Shown piece after piece: positions 16,920 to 26,063 of a stretch of 64,000 nucleotides of DNA. A model generated the notes under the pieces. That model did no database searches, was not told the origin of the DNA, and saw only the letters and a program-made list of their open reading frames with translations. The position numbers were made by a program, and so were the translations under genes. This stretch comes from Acidimicrobiales bacterium (GTDB lineage: Bacteria; Actinomycetota; Acidimicrobiia; Acidimicrobiales; Aldehydirespiratoraceae). How positions within the stretch are numbered: position 1 is the first letter of the stretch; each line of letters begins with the position of its first letter. The stretch lies in the NCBI GenBank assembly GCA_049437325.1, contig JBMTIM010000001.1:80738-144737 (forward strand), written 5' to 3'.

Positions 16920-18620
16920 ATGGCAGCGCAGTTCATCTACACCATGCACAGGGTCGGCAAGTTCATTCCGCCGAGCCGAGATGTGCTGAAAGACATCACG
17001 CTCTCGTTCTTTCCGGGAGCGAAAATCGGCGTGCTCGGTCCGAACGGTGCCGGCAAGTCGACGCTGCTCAAGATCATGGCGGGCATCGATACCGACTTCA
17101 CGGGAGACGCCAAGCTCGGTGAGGGCTACACCGTCGGCATGCTCGAGCAAGAGCCCGAGCTCGATCCCACCAAGACGGTGCTCGAGAACGTCATGGACGG
17201 CGCCGGTGAAGCATCGGCCCTGCTCGCCGAGTACGACCGGGTACTCGCTGCATGGAGCGACCCCGACGCCGACTTCGAGAAGCTCGGGGCCAAACAGGCC
17301 GACCTCGAGTCCAAGATCGAAGCGATCGGTGCATGGGATCTCCAGCGAACGGTAGAGATCGCAATGGACGCACTCCGCACACCACCAGGCGACTGGAGCG
17401 TGGAGAACCTTTCGGGCGGTGAGATCCGCCGGGTGGCGATGGCTCGCCTACTTCTCGCCAAGCCCGATCTGTTGTTGCTCGACGAGCCGACCAACCATCT
17501 CGACGCCGAATCGGTTGCGTGGCTCGAACGGACCCTGCAGGACTACGCCGGCACCGTGGTGGCGGTCACCCACGACCGCTACTTCCTCGACAACGTTGCC
17601 GGTTGGATCCTCGAACTCGATCATGGCCGGGGCTATCCGTTCGAGGGCAACTATTCGGGCTTTCTGGAACAAAAGGAAGCCCGAATCGCACAGGAGAAGC
17701 GCGACGACGACAAACGGACCCGAACACTCAAGCGCGAACTCGAGTGGGTCCGGATGGCGCCAAAGGCACGCCAGTCGAAGGGAAAGGCTCGCTTGGCGGC
17801 GTACGACAAGTTGCTGGAGGAGGCGAAAGCGGCCGAGGGCCGGGCTGAGGACCTCTCGATCGTCATCCCCGCCAACAAGCGACTGGGAGATGTCGTGATC
17901 GAGGCCGAGCACATCGCCAAAGCCTTCGGAGACAAACTCCTCATCGATGATTTCTCCTTCAGCCTGCCCCCCGCTGGCATCGTCGGAGTCATCGGTGCCA
18001 ACGGCGCCGGGAAGTCCACCCTCTTCAAGATGCTGATCGACGAGTTCGAAGGCACGAACGATCCGGTCGCAGCTCCCGACTCCGGTTCCATCACGCTCGG
18101 CAGCACCGTGCAACTCGGCTACGTCGATCAGAACCGCACGCTCGATCCGCACAAGACCGTCTACGACGAGATCACCGGAGGCGTCGATCACCTCGAGATC
18201 GGGGGACGCGAGATGCACGGGCGCTCCTACGTTGCATCCTTCAACTTCAAGGGTCCCGATCAGCAGAAGATGGTGGGAAACCTCTCCGGCGGCGAGCGCA
18301 ACCGCGTGCATCTGGCCAAGGTCCTCAAGGAGGGCGCCAACGTCCTGCTGCTCGACGAACCGACCAACGACCTCGACATCGACACGCTGCGGGCGCTCGA
18401 GGATGCCATCGAGGCCTACGCCGGTTGTGCGGTCATCGTTTCGCACGACCGGTGGTTCCTCGACCGAGTCGCAACCCACATCGTGGCCTTCGAGGGCGAC
18501 TCACAGGTCCGGTGGTTCGAAGGAAACTTCAGTGATTACGCCGAGTACCGCAAGCGCGAACACGGTGTTGACGCAATGCGCCCCCACCGCATCAAGTACA
18601 AGCCCGTCACCCGGGGATGA
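16920..18620 (+). CDS. ettA: Energy-dependent translational throttle ABC-F ATPase EttA
   Basis: Track ORF 16887..18620. Start at MAAQFIYTMHRVGKFIPP (ATG 16920), the conserved EttA N-terminus. Two ABC cassettes (GPNGAGKST, LSGGE ; GANGAGKST, LSGGERNR). Confidence 0.95.
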   Translation: MAAQFIYTMHRVGKFIPPSRDVLKDITLSFFPGAKIGVLGPNGAGKSTLLKIMAGIDTDFTGDAKLGEGYTVGMLEQEPELDPTKTVLENVMDGAGEASALLAEYDRVLAAWSDPDADFEKLGAKQADLESKIEAIGAWDLQRTVEIAMDALRTPPGDWSVENLSGGEIRRVAMARLLLAKPDLLLLDEPTNHLDAESVAWLERTLQDYAGTVVAVTHDRYFLDNVAGWILELDHGRGYPFEGNYSGFLEQKEARIAQEKRDDDKRTRTLKRELEWVRMAPKARQSKGKARLAAYDKLLEEAKAAEGRAEDLSIVIPANKRLGDVVIEAEHIAKAFGDKLLIDDFSFSLPPAGIVGVIGANGAGKSTLFKMLIDEFEGTNDPVAAPDSGSITLGSTVQLGYVDQNRTLDPHKTVYDEITGGVDHLEIGGREMHGRSYVASFNFKGPDQQKMVGNLSGGERNRVHLAKVLKEGANVLLLDEPTNDLDIDTLRALEDAIEAYAGCAVIVSHDRWFLDRVATHIVAFEGDSQVRWFEGNFSDYAEYRKREHGVDAMRPHRIKYKPVTRG

Positions 18621-18624
18621 ACCA

Positions 18625-18999
18625 CTGATCATCATCGATGCCATGAACGTCCGCGGCTGTGTCCCCGATGGTTGGTGGACCGACAAGGCCGCTGCACTGA
18701 GGCGCCTCGTCACTGCGGTCGCCGAGCACGACTTCGACGGGGAGTGGGTCCTCGTCATCGCAGATGGACACCCGATCGAAGGTGTGCCGGCTGGAACCCG
18801 AGGCGACGTCGAACTGCGCTACGCCAATCGTTCGACCCCCGATGCCGCCGACGACCTCATCGTCGAAACCGTCCTCGCCGAAGAGTCGGCAACGGAGACC
18901 ATCACGGTGGTCACATCCGACCGGGGCTTGCTCGACCGTCTGCCGCCCCATGTGCGGATCGAAGGGTCCAGGTCGTTTCGAAACCGCGTCGGTTGGTGA
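18625..18999 (+). CDS. YacP/Rae1-like NYN-domain protein (predicted ribonuclease); start codon unresolved
   Basis: Tail of track ORF 18232..18999. LIIIDAMNVRG / VLVIADGH / VELRYANRSTPDAADDLIVE / ITVVTSDRGL is collinear with B. subtilis YacP (ILLVDGYNMIG / VIVVFDAH / VEVIFTKENETADERI / IHVATSD). The first ATG (18643) lies inside the catalytic IDAMN motif. Candidate starts are CTG 18625 (GGGGA 8 nt upstream) or GTG 18565 / TTG 18568 inside ettA. Confidence 0.7.
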   Translation: MIIIDAMNVRGCVPDGWWTDKAAALRRLVTAVAEHDFDGEWVLVIADGHPIEGVPAGTRGDVELRYANRSTPDAADDLIVETVLAEESATETITVVTSDRGLLDRLPPHVRIEGSRSFRNRVGW

Positions 19000-19123
19000 C
19001 GCACCGCACCCGCTCTCCCCGACCGACGCAACCACAGCGCACCGCAACGCCACCCTTCGTCGAGAAGGGACCTCGCTCCATCTGTCGCTCTGGCATGCGG
19101 CAGCGAGCGATACCGTTCCACTC

Positions 19124-19876
19124 GTGACCGACGACCACCGCCTCGCCGCCCGCCTTGCGAGCGAAGCTGGCGACCTCCTTGTAGAGCTCCGAGCGCGACT
19201 CCACGCACAGGGCGCGCCACCGTCACTCCTCAAAGACGAGGGCGACCGCCAAGCCCACGAGTTCCTGGTCGAACGCCTCCAGGCAGCACGCCCCGATGAT
19301 GCAATCCTGAGTGAGGAGGGAAAGGACGATGTGGCGCGCCTCGATGCCGAGCGCGTGTGGATCGTCGATCCGCTCGACGGAACTCGCGAGTTCGGAGAAG
19401 TCCCACGAAGCGACTGGGCTGTCCACGTTGCCCTTGTCGTCGACCAGGTTCCGATCGTTGGGGCGGTCGCCCTTCCTGGCCTCGGGGTGACCCTCAGCAC
19501 CGCCGACCCGGTTCGCCTCCCGCCCGAACCACATCCAACCCCTCGGATGATCGTGAGTCGCAGTCGCCCACCAGCGGCAGCACTGCATGTTGCGGAATCG
19601 CTCGATGCCGAGCTTGTCGAGATGGGTTCGGCCGGGGCGAAGACCATGGCTGTCGTGCGCGGCGAGTGCGAGATCTACGCGCACAGTGGCGGCCAGTACG
19701 AGTGGGACTCGTGTGCTCCGGTCGCTGTCGCCGAGGCTGCCGGGTGTCATGTCAGTCGAATCGATGGATCGCCGCTGCGCTACAACCAACCCGACGTGTA
19801 CCTCCCCGACCTGCTGGTGTGTCGACCCGAGTTGGCCGAGTCGGTGCTTGCGGCGTTGTCATCGTTCGACGGCTGA
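19124..19876 (+). CDS. cysQ: 3'(2'),5'-bisphosphate nucleotidase CysQ / inositol-monophosphatase family
   Basis: Tail of track ORF 18764..19876. GTG start at 19124 (VTDDHRLAARLA). Motifs ILSEEG, WIVDPLDGTREF and YEWDSCAP. Confidence 0.8.
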   Translation: MTDDHRLAARLASEAGDLLVELRARLHAQGAPPSLLKDEGDRQAHEFLVERLQAARPDDAILSEEGKDDVARLDAERVWIVDPLDGTREFGEVPRSDWAVHVALVVDQVPIVGAVALPGLGVTLSTADPVRLPPEPHPTPRMIVSRSRPPAAALHVAESLDAELVEMGSAGAKTMAVVRGECEIYAHSGGQYEWDSCAPVAVAEAAGCHVSRIDGSPLRYNQPDVYLPDLLVCRPELAESVLAALSSFDG

Positions 19877-19957
19877 GCAGCTCGGGCGATCTCGTCGGCC
19901 TGCAAACCGTCCTCGCCGAAGGTTGGTAGCGGCTCTTGGGCTCGCAACACTGGGAGT

Positions 19958-21550
19958 GTGACCGGTCCCCTCGCCGATTCGCCCGCCGATCTCGTCCACG
20001 GCACGTTCAGCGACGAGCCACCATGGCTCGTCGATCCTGACGCGCTGGCGTGGCTCGCCGATGTCGACACGATTCGGACGGCGACGAGTCGGCGCCTTCC
20101 GTCGCTCATCACCCCGCCGCGACTGCCACCGCTTCGGCGGGCGATCACCGTCGTTCGCCACCTCGGCTGGGCGCTGATCGCATGGTTCGTGCGCGGGCGC
20201 CGCAAGGGTGGGTCGCAGAGCACGGCCGATCTGTCTCGTCGGATGCGCAAGGCGGCCGAGATACTCGGACCGACCTACATCAAACTCGGTCAGATCATTT
20301 CCTCCGGCGAGGGCATCTTCCCCCCTGAACTCGTCACCGAGTTCGCCAAGTGTCGCGATCAGGTGCCGGCCGAGTCGTTCGCCGCCGTGCGTCGCGTCGT
20401 GGAGGCCGATCTCGGAGCAACACTCGAATCGATCTTCGCCGAATTCGCCCGCGAGCCGATCGCTGCAGCATCGATCGCGCAGGTCCACGCTGCCACGCTG
20501 CACGACGGCACCGACGTCGTGGTCAAGGTGCAGCGACCCACCGTTGACGATCTCGTCCACAAGGACCTTCGCGTGATGGCCTGGCTGTCTCCGTACCTGG
20601 TCGGCCGTATCCCTGTCGCCTCGCTGGCCAACCCACCCGCCCTCGTCGAGGTCTTTGCGCACACGATCAGCGAGGAACTCGACTTTCGGGTCGAGGCGGC
20701 GAACATGCTCGACGTCGCTCGGGTCTTTGCCGATCTGGAGCAAACCCACTTCGTCGTGCCGCGGCCGCATCCCGAGCTCGTCACCCGTCGAGTGCTGGTG
20801 ATGGAGCGCCTCGATGGCTTCCGGTTCGACGACGTCGAGCGCTACGACGAACTCGGGGTCGACACACATGCGGCAGTCCGCGCCGGGATGATCGGTTTCA
20901 TGGAGGGGGCGTTGATCCACGGGATCTTCCACGGGGATCTCCACGGGGGAAACCTGTACGTGCTCGACGACGGCCGCACTGCCCTGCTCGACTTCGGTAT
21001 CACCGGCCGAATGACCGAGGCCAAGCGCCTTGCCTTCGTTCGATTGTTGATCGGCGGCATGATGAACAACCCGGTCGACCAACTCGCCGCCATGCGTGAC
21101 CTCGGTGCGCTCCCAGATGACACCGACCTCGAGGCTGTTGCGAACGACCTCGGCCTGCTCGACGAGGTGGTCGACCCATTGACGATGACCCCCGACCAGC
21201 TCACCGAGGAGCTGCAACGAGTGGTGAAGGCGCTGCTCGGGTACGGGGCCCGCATGCCGAAGGAACTGATGCTGTTCGTCAAGAACATGGTCTTCCTCGA
21301 CGGTGCCATCGCCACCCTTGCTCCCGATCTCGACCTGTTTGCCGAAATCACCCATGTGGCGACCTACTTCGTCTCCGCCCACGGCGCCCGTCTTGCAGCC
21401 GAAGTCGGAATGGATCCCGACGAGTACGAGTTCGACCCCGACGGCATCCGCGCCGCCTTCGGGGTCGATGCCCAGACGGAGCGAATGACCTACCGAGAAC
21501 TCCAGGAGCGGCGCGAGACCATCAGCCGTCGCCTGCGCAATCGGGTCTGA
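19958..21550 (+). CDS. ABC1/UbiB-family atypical kinase
   Basis: Track ORF, 530 aa. Motifs LGPTYIKLGQIISS, PIAAASIAQVHAATL, VVVKVQRP and HGDLHGGN. Confidence 0.85.
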   Translation: MTGPLADSPADLVHGTFSDEPPWLVDPDALAWLADVDTIRTATSRRLPSLITPPRLPPLRRAITVVRHLGWALIAWFVRGRRKGGSQSTADLSRRMRKAAEILGPTYIKLGQIISSGEGIFPPELVTEFAKCRDQVPAESFAAVRRVVEADLGATLESIFAEFAREPIAAASIAQVHAATLHDGTDVVVKVQRPTVDDLVHKDLRVMAWLSPYLVGRIPVASLANPPALVEVFAHTISEELDFRVEAANMLDVARVFADLEQTHFVVPRPHPELVTRRVLVMERLDGFRFDDVERYDELGVDTHAAVRAGMIGFMEGALIHGIFHGDLHGGNLYVLDDGRTALLDFGITGRMTEAKRLAFVRLLIGGMMNNPVDQLAAMRDLGALPDDTDLEAVANDLGLLDEVVDPLTMTPDQLTEELQRVVKALLGYGARMPKELMLFVKNMVFLDGAIATLAPDLDLFAEITHVATYFVSAHGARLAAEVGMDPDEYEFDPDGIRAAFGVDAQTERMTYRELQERRETISRRLRNRV

Positions 21551-21580
21551 CCGGTGCGCGCACAGGAGCGACACCAGGGT

Positions 21581-21586
21581 TAGGTT
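21581..21586 (+). promoter_or_regulatory. Candidate -10 hexamer TAGGTT for a leaderless nucS transcript
   Basis: TAnnnT pattern ending 6 nt before ATG 21593. No SD present. Confidence 0.35.
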
Positions 21587-21592
21587 CGCTCG

Positions 21593-22258
21593 ATGCGTTT
21601 GGTTGTGGCTCGGTGCACCGTCGACTACGACGGCCGTCTCCAAGCTCATCTTCCCTCGGCGATCCGGCTGGTGATGGTGAAGGCCGATGGTTGTGTCGCC
21701 GTCCATGCCGACGGCGGCGCATACAAGCCGCTCAACTGGATGAACGCGCCCAATCGCCTGGTCGAGGATCCAGAGGCCGGCGTCTGGACCGTCACCAGCC
21801 CCAAGGGCGAAGTGCTCACCATCACCTTCCAAGACGTGCTCAGTGACACCTCCCACGAGATGGGGTCCGATCCCGGACTGCAGAAGGACGGCGTGGAGGC
21901 TCACCTGCAAAAGCTGCTCGCCGATGATCCCACCTCGATCCAACAGGGACTCACGCTGGTGCGACGCGAGTACCCGACCGACATCGGGCCCGTCGATCTC
22001 ATGTGCCGCGATGCCGACGGCGTAGCTGTTGCCGTGGAGGTCAAACGTCGAGGGGAGATCGATGGTGTCGAGCAACTGTCTCGGTACCTCGACTTTCTCA
22101 ACCGAGATCCGCTCCTGCGACCGGTTCGCGGGGTCTTCGTCGCCCAAGCGATCAAGCCGCAGGCGAAGGTGCTCGCAACCGACCGCGGGATCGCCTGGGT
22201 CGAGGTCGACTACGACGAGTTGCGTGGCATCGAGTCCCCCAACCTGAAACTGTTCTAG
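21593..22258 (+). CDS. nucS: Endonuclease NucS (EndoMS, non-canonical mismatch repair)
   Basis: Track ORF, 221 aa. [16 protein letters not shown]...YKPLNWM...[36 protein letters not shown] is the characteristic NucS sequence. Confidence 0.95.
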   Translation: MRLVVARCTVDYDGRLQAHLPSAIRLVMVKADGCVAVHADGGAYKPLNWMNAPNRLVEDPEAGVWTVTSPKGEVLTITFQDVLSDTSHEMGSDPGLQKDGVEAHLQKLLADDPTSIQQGLTLVRREYPTDIGPVDLMCRDADGVAVAVEVKRRGEIDGVEQLSRYLDFLNRDPLLRPVRGVFVAQAIKPQAKVLATDRGIAWVEVDYDELRGIESPNLKLF

Positions 22259-22286
22259 ACCCGCCGACCACTAGGGTCGGAGGCCG

Positions 22287-23972
22287 ATGCGAACCGCGCT
22301 CGCGCTCATGGCGGCAGCCGTCGTGGTGTTCTTCGCCGGCTGGATCGTCGATGACAAGGTTCCCGGTCGTGACATCCCACGCAACCAATCGGTCGCTGGC
22401 GTCCCGATCGGTGGACTGAGCCTGGACGAGGCCGAAGTCCGCCTCGCCGATGCCGACTTGGCCGGACGCAGCATCGTGCTCGCCTTTCGAGGGCAGGAGC
22501 TGATCACGACCCTCGACGAGCTCGGGGTGGTGATCGGGCTCGAATCCGCTCTCGAAGCGGCGGCACAGCGTCCCGAACTGCTGTCACAGCCGTTCAGCTG
22601 GTTCGGTTCGCTCTTCGGCGGCACCGACCATGATCCCGTCTACTCGCTCGATTCGGGCGCGCTCGGCACCTTTCTGGCAACAGATGGTGACGCGTTCTTC
22701 GCGCTGGACTTCGGCCGACCCAGGATCGAGTTGATCGACGGCGAGTTCGTCGAAGCAGACGCCGTCTCGATCCCGGTGGTCGACCTCGCCGAACTCGAAG
22801 CACGGATCCTCGAAGCCGCTGTCAGCACAACGGGTCGGGCCTACGCGGAGATTCCCATCGGGGGCGAATCTGTCGTCGACCGTGGTGCTGCTGCACTCAT
22901 TACGCGCGCGACCGAACTGACCGAGGGCGGTCTCCTCGTCGTGATCACCGGCAACCTTCGGCGGCGACTCATACCCGAGGGTGCGCTGCGCTCGTGGGTC
23001 GTGTTCGGCGGAACGATCGATCAGCCCACCATCACACTCGACGACGAGTTGGTCAGATCGACGCTCGAGACCCTCTTCATCGATTTCGGCGAGGCGGGGA
23101 CCGAGGCCACCTTCTGGGTCGACCAAGACGATGTGGTTCGTATCCGTGGCAACACACCAGGCACGATCTGCTGCGCACTCGATTCATCGGAGCGGATCCT
23201 CGACGCGCTGCGGTCCGGAGCAGACGAGGTCGAACTCACACCGCGCGATGATCCCGACGTCCGAGGAGTCGCCTGGGCAGAATCACTCGGGATCCGCGAG
23301 ATCATCGGAGAGTTCACGACGAACTACGTCCCGAACGAGAGCCGCGTGACCAACATCCAGCGCATCGCCCAAATCACCCAGGGTGTCGTGATCGAACCGG
23401 GTCAGATGTTCTCCGTGAACGAATACGTCGGGCTTCGGACCGAAGCCAACGGGTTCGTCGAGGCCGGCGTGATCCAAGACGGTGTGTTCCAGACGTCGGT
23501 CGGCGGCGGCATCAGTCAGTACGCCACCACACTGTTCAACGCCGCGTTTTTCGCTGGTCTGGACTTCGGGGAGTATCAGTCGCACAGCATCTACATCAGC
23601 CGCTACCCGTATGGCCGAGAGGCCACGGTGTCGTTCCCGCAGCCCGACCTCCAGATCATCAACAACACGCCCTATGGCGTGCTGCTCTGGCCCACCGCCG
23701 ATCACGACTCGATCACCGTCAAGCTCTTCTCCACCCGCTGGGTCACGGGGGAACAGACAGCGCAGGAGGAGCGACTCGAGGGCACCTCGTGCACCCGGGT
23801 CACCACCGAACGCACGCGCACCTTCGTCGACGGCTCGGTCGAGGTCGATACGGTCACCGCCCGCTACCGGCCCGAGGGCATGCGCTGTGACGGCTCACCG
23901 AGTCTCCCCGACGACGCAACCACGACGACAACCACGACCCTGACGGTGCCGCCGAGTACCACCGTCCCGTAG
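22287..23972 (+). CDS. VanW-family protein with N-terminal membrane anchor
   Basis: Track ORF, 561 aa. N-terminal TM helix. VanW core RVTNIQRIAQITQGVVIEPGQMFSVNEYVG...GGGISQYATTLFNAAFFAGL...YISRYPYGREATV. Confidence 0.85.
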   Translation: MRTALALMAAAVVVFFAGWIVDDKVPGRDIPRNQSVAGVPIGGLSLDEAEVRLADADLAGRSIVLAFRGQELITTLDELGVVIGLESALEAAAQRPELLSQPFSWFGSLFGGTDHDPVYSLDSGALGTFLATDGDAFFALDFGRPRIELIDGEFVEADAVSIPVVDLAELEARILEAAVSTTGRAYAEIPIGGESVVDRGAAALITRATELTEGGLLVVITGNLRRRLIPEGALRSWVVFGGTIDQPTITLDDELVRSTLETLFIDFGEAGTEATFWVDQDDVVRIRGNTPGTICCALDSSERILDALRSGADEVELTPRDDPDVRGVAWAESLGIREIIGEFTTNYVPNESRVTNIQRIAQITQGVVIEPGQMFSVNEYVGLRTEANGFVEAGVIQDGVFQTSVGGGISQYATTLFNAAFFAGLDFGEYQSHSIYISRYPYGREATVSFPQPDLQIINNTPYGVLLWPTADHDSITVKLFSTRWVTGEQTAQEERLEGTSCTRVTTERTRTFVDGSVEVDTVTARYRPEGMRCDGSPSLPDDATTTTTTTLTVPPSTTVP

Positions 23973-23981
23973 CCTGAGCCG

Positions 23982-25190
23982 ATGGCGGAGTCGATGTTCG
24001 ACAGCGAGATCGCGATCATCGGCGCCGGCCCGGCCGGCTCGGCGGCAGCAACCCTGCTGGCCCGCGAAGGCCGCGACGTTCACGTGTTCGATCGCGCCGA
24101 GTTTCCCCGCGACAAGTGCTGTGGTGACGGCCTGACCACCCTCGCGCTTCGCGAGCTCGAGGCCCTGGGCTTGGAGCCGTCGAACGTGGCGTCGTGGCAA
24201 CGGGTCGACGGGGCGGTCATTCGGTCACCTCGCGGGACCGAACGCTGGTACCCACTCCCCGATGACGCCGGCTATCACGCAGCGGTGGCAACAAGGGAAG
24301 ATCTCGACGCAGCGCTCGTCGACCTGGCGCGAGTATCGGGCGCCCAGGTGCACGAGGGCTGGCAGCTCACCGGGATTGACCACGACGCCGACGGTATCGA
24401 CCTCGTCTTCGGCGAAGAAGTCCACCGAGCCCGTCGGGTGATCGCCGCTGACGGCATGTGGTCGCCCACCCGAAAGATGCTCGGTCTCGGCGTCGAGAGC
24501 TATCGCGGCGAATGGCATGCCTTTCGTCAGTATTTCCGCAATGTCTCGCCTCGTGCTGCCCAAGAGCTCGTCGTCTGGTTCGAACGCGATCTTCTTCCGG
24601 GCTATGCGTGGTCCTTCCCCCTTGCCGGCGAGCGCGCCAACATCGGATTTGGCATTCAGCGGGGTGGCTCGCAACCCATCGCTGCGATGAAGCAGCTCTG
24701 GCCCGACCTCCTCGCCCGGCCCCATGTGCGAGAACTCCTCGGTCCCGATGCCGAACCCGAAGCTCCGCACAAGGCGTGGCCGATCCCCGCCCGCGTCGGC
24801 CGTGTTCCTCTCACCGGTCCGCACACCATCTTCGTCGGCGACGCCGCCGCAGTCACCGACCCCATGACCGGTGAGGGCATCGGGCAAGCGCTGCTGACCG
24901 GTCGACTCGCCGCCGATGCGATCATGGACGAGGACCACGGTCTCGAGCGGTACGAACACGAAGTTCGACGCGAGTTGGTGGCCGACGACCGCATGGCTCG
25001 CCTTCTCATCCCACTCCTGGCCCGGCCTGCCATCTGCGGCGCGGCACTCAAGGCCACCGGTGCCAACGCCTGGACCCGACGAAACTTCGCTCGCTGGATG
25101 TTCGAGGACTACCCGAGAGCGATGATCGCTACGCCCCGCCGCTGGCATCGCGGCATGTTCACCGGCCCCGGGGCGTACCAGCGCGCCTAG
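23982..25190 (+). CDS. Geranylgeranyl-reductase-family FAD-dependent oxidoreductase
   Basis: Track ORF, 402 aa. IAIIGAGPAGSAAATLLAREGRDVHVFDRAEFPRDKCCGDGLT and the GDAAAVTDPMTGEGI motif. Confidence 0.85.
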   Translation: MAESMFDSEIAIIGAGPAGSAAATLLAREGRDVHVFDRAEFPRDKCCGDGLTTLALRELEALGLEPSNVASWQRVDGAVIRSPRGTERWYPLPDDAGYHAAVATREDLDAALVDLARVSGAQVHEGWQLTGIDHDADGIDLVFGEEVHRARRVIAADGMWSPTRKMLGLGVESYRGEWHAFRQYFRNVSPRAAQELVVWFERDLLPGYAWSFPLAGERANIGFGIQRGGSQPIAAMKQLWPDLLARPHVRELLGPDAEPEAPHKAWPIPARVGRVPLTGPHTIFVGDAAAVTDPMTGEGIGQALLTGRLAADAIMDEDHGLERYEHEVRRELVADDRMARLLIPLLARPAICGAALKATGANAWTRRNFARWMFEDYPRAMIATPRRWHRGMFTGPGAYQRA

Positions 25191-25276
25191 CCCGAGCACG
25201 CTCGATCAGCGTGCTCGACTCGGCGAGCCCGGTCGACGCGCACCACCGGTGCCGGTATCGCCATAACCTCTCAAAG

Positions 25277-25795
25277 ATGCACCCGTCCATCGACCGACTC
25301 GACGAGCGACTCGACGAGGCGTGGGAGACGTTGCGGGGCATTCCGGCGCTCGACCGGATCTTCTACACCGCCTCCGAAGCTGCCGATTTCTCGGTGCTGT
25401 GGCACACCCTCGGTGTGGTCCAAGCGATCGTGGAGGACGATCCGAAGATTGCACTCGCACTGAGCGCCGCCCTCGGTGTCGAATCCGCCCTCATCAATGG
25501 ACCGGTCAAGTCGCTGTTCAAACGGTCGCGTCCCGTCCACGTCGGCGAGCGGCCGCTCAACTTGCGCCAGCCCAAGACGACCAGCTTCCCATCCGGACAC
25601 GCATCCGCTGCGATGGTCGCTGCGGCGATGCTTTCTCGACGCGGCGGCGGACCCCTTTGGTACGTGCTGGCCGGGATCGTGGCGCTCAGTCGGATCCACG
25701 TGAGGATCCACCACGGCAGCGATGTCGCGGGCGGGTTGATTGCGGGCGTCGCCCTGGGTGCCGCGGCGCGCCGTCTTGCCGACGCCTGGCACTGA
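25277..25795 (+). CDS. PAP2-family (acid/lipid phosphate) phosphatase
   Basis: Track ORF 25211..25795. ATG 25277 preferred. PAP2 motifs KRSRP, PSGHAS and SRIHVRIHHGSDV. Confidence 0.8.
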   Translation: MHPSIDRLDERLDEAWETLRGIPALDRIFYTASEAADFSVLWHTLGVVQAIVEDDPKIALALSAALGVESALINGPVKSLFKRSRPVHVGERPLNLRQPKTTSFPSGHASAAMVAAAMLSRRGGGPLWYVLAGIVALSRIHVRIHHGSDVAGGLIAGVALGAAARRLADAWH

Positions 25796-25797
25796 CC

Positions 25798-25986
25798 TCA
25801 GCGCAGCGGGGCGACCTCGACCGCAGCGGCATCGGTAGGCGCCAACATCAGCAGCATCCGGAGATCGAGGAGCAGATCGGCCACCTCGCTGGCCGACACG
25901 AGTTCGCGACCCTGCAGTTCGCGGAGGTTCTGGTCGATCATCGAGAGTGCGTCGTCGAGAGAGACCACGTCGGTCGTTTCCGTCAT
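25798..25986 (-). CDS. Hypothetical small acidic protein (62 aa)
   Basis: Last 62 codons of track ORF 25798..26091, starting MTETTDVVSLDDAL (CAT 25984-25986). High third-position GC. No family recognised. Confidence 0.4.
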   Translation of the reverse strand: MTETTDVVSLDDALSMIDQNLRELQGRELVSASEVADLLLDLRMLLMLAPTDAAAVEVAPLR

Positions 25987-26063
25987 GCGGCGCACCCTAG
26001 ACCACTCGGCCATCGGCTGACGGGTCCGGAGACCGAACGGGTCGTCCGGCCTACGATTCGATC

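Noticed and set aside
18612-18630. Programmed +1 frameshift fusing EttA to the Rae1/YacP-like domain
   Set aside because: The YacP-like frame is +1 relative to ettA, but the CGG-GGA-TGA context offers no slippery re-pairing for the P-site tRNA. Reinitiation at a nearby non-AUG codon is the simpler explanation.
19859-22147. 762-aa minus-strand ORF spanning the ubiB-like gene, the intergenic gap and nucS
   Set aside because: It is antisense to two plus-strand genes with strong motif support that share a reading frame (both starts are 2 mod 3), so one antisense frame stays open. The composition is Arg/Gly/Asp/His/Val-rich with no recognisable motifs. Stop-poor antisense frames are expected at this GC content.
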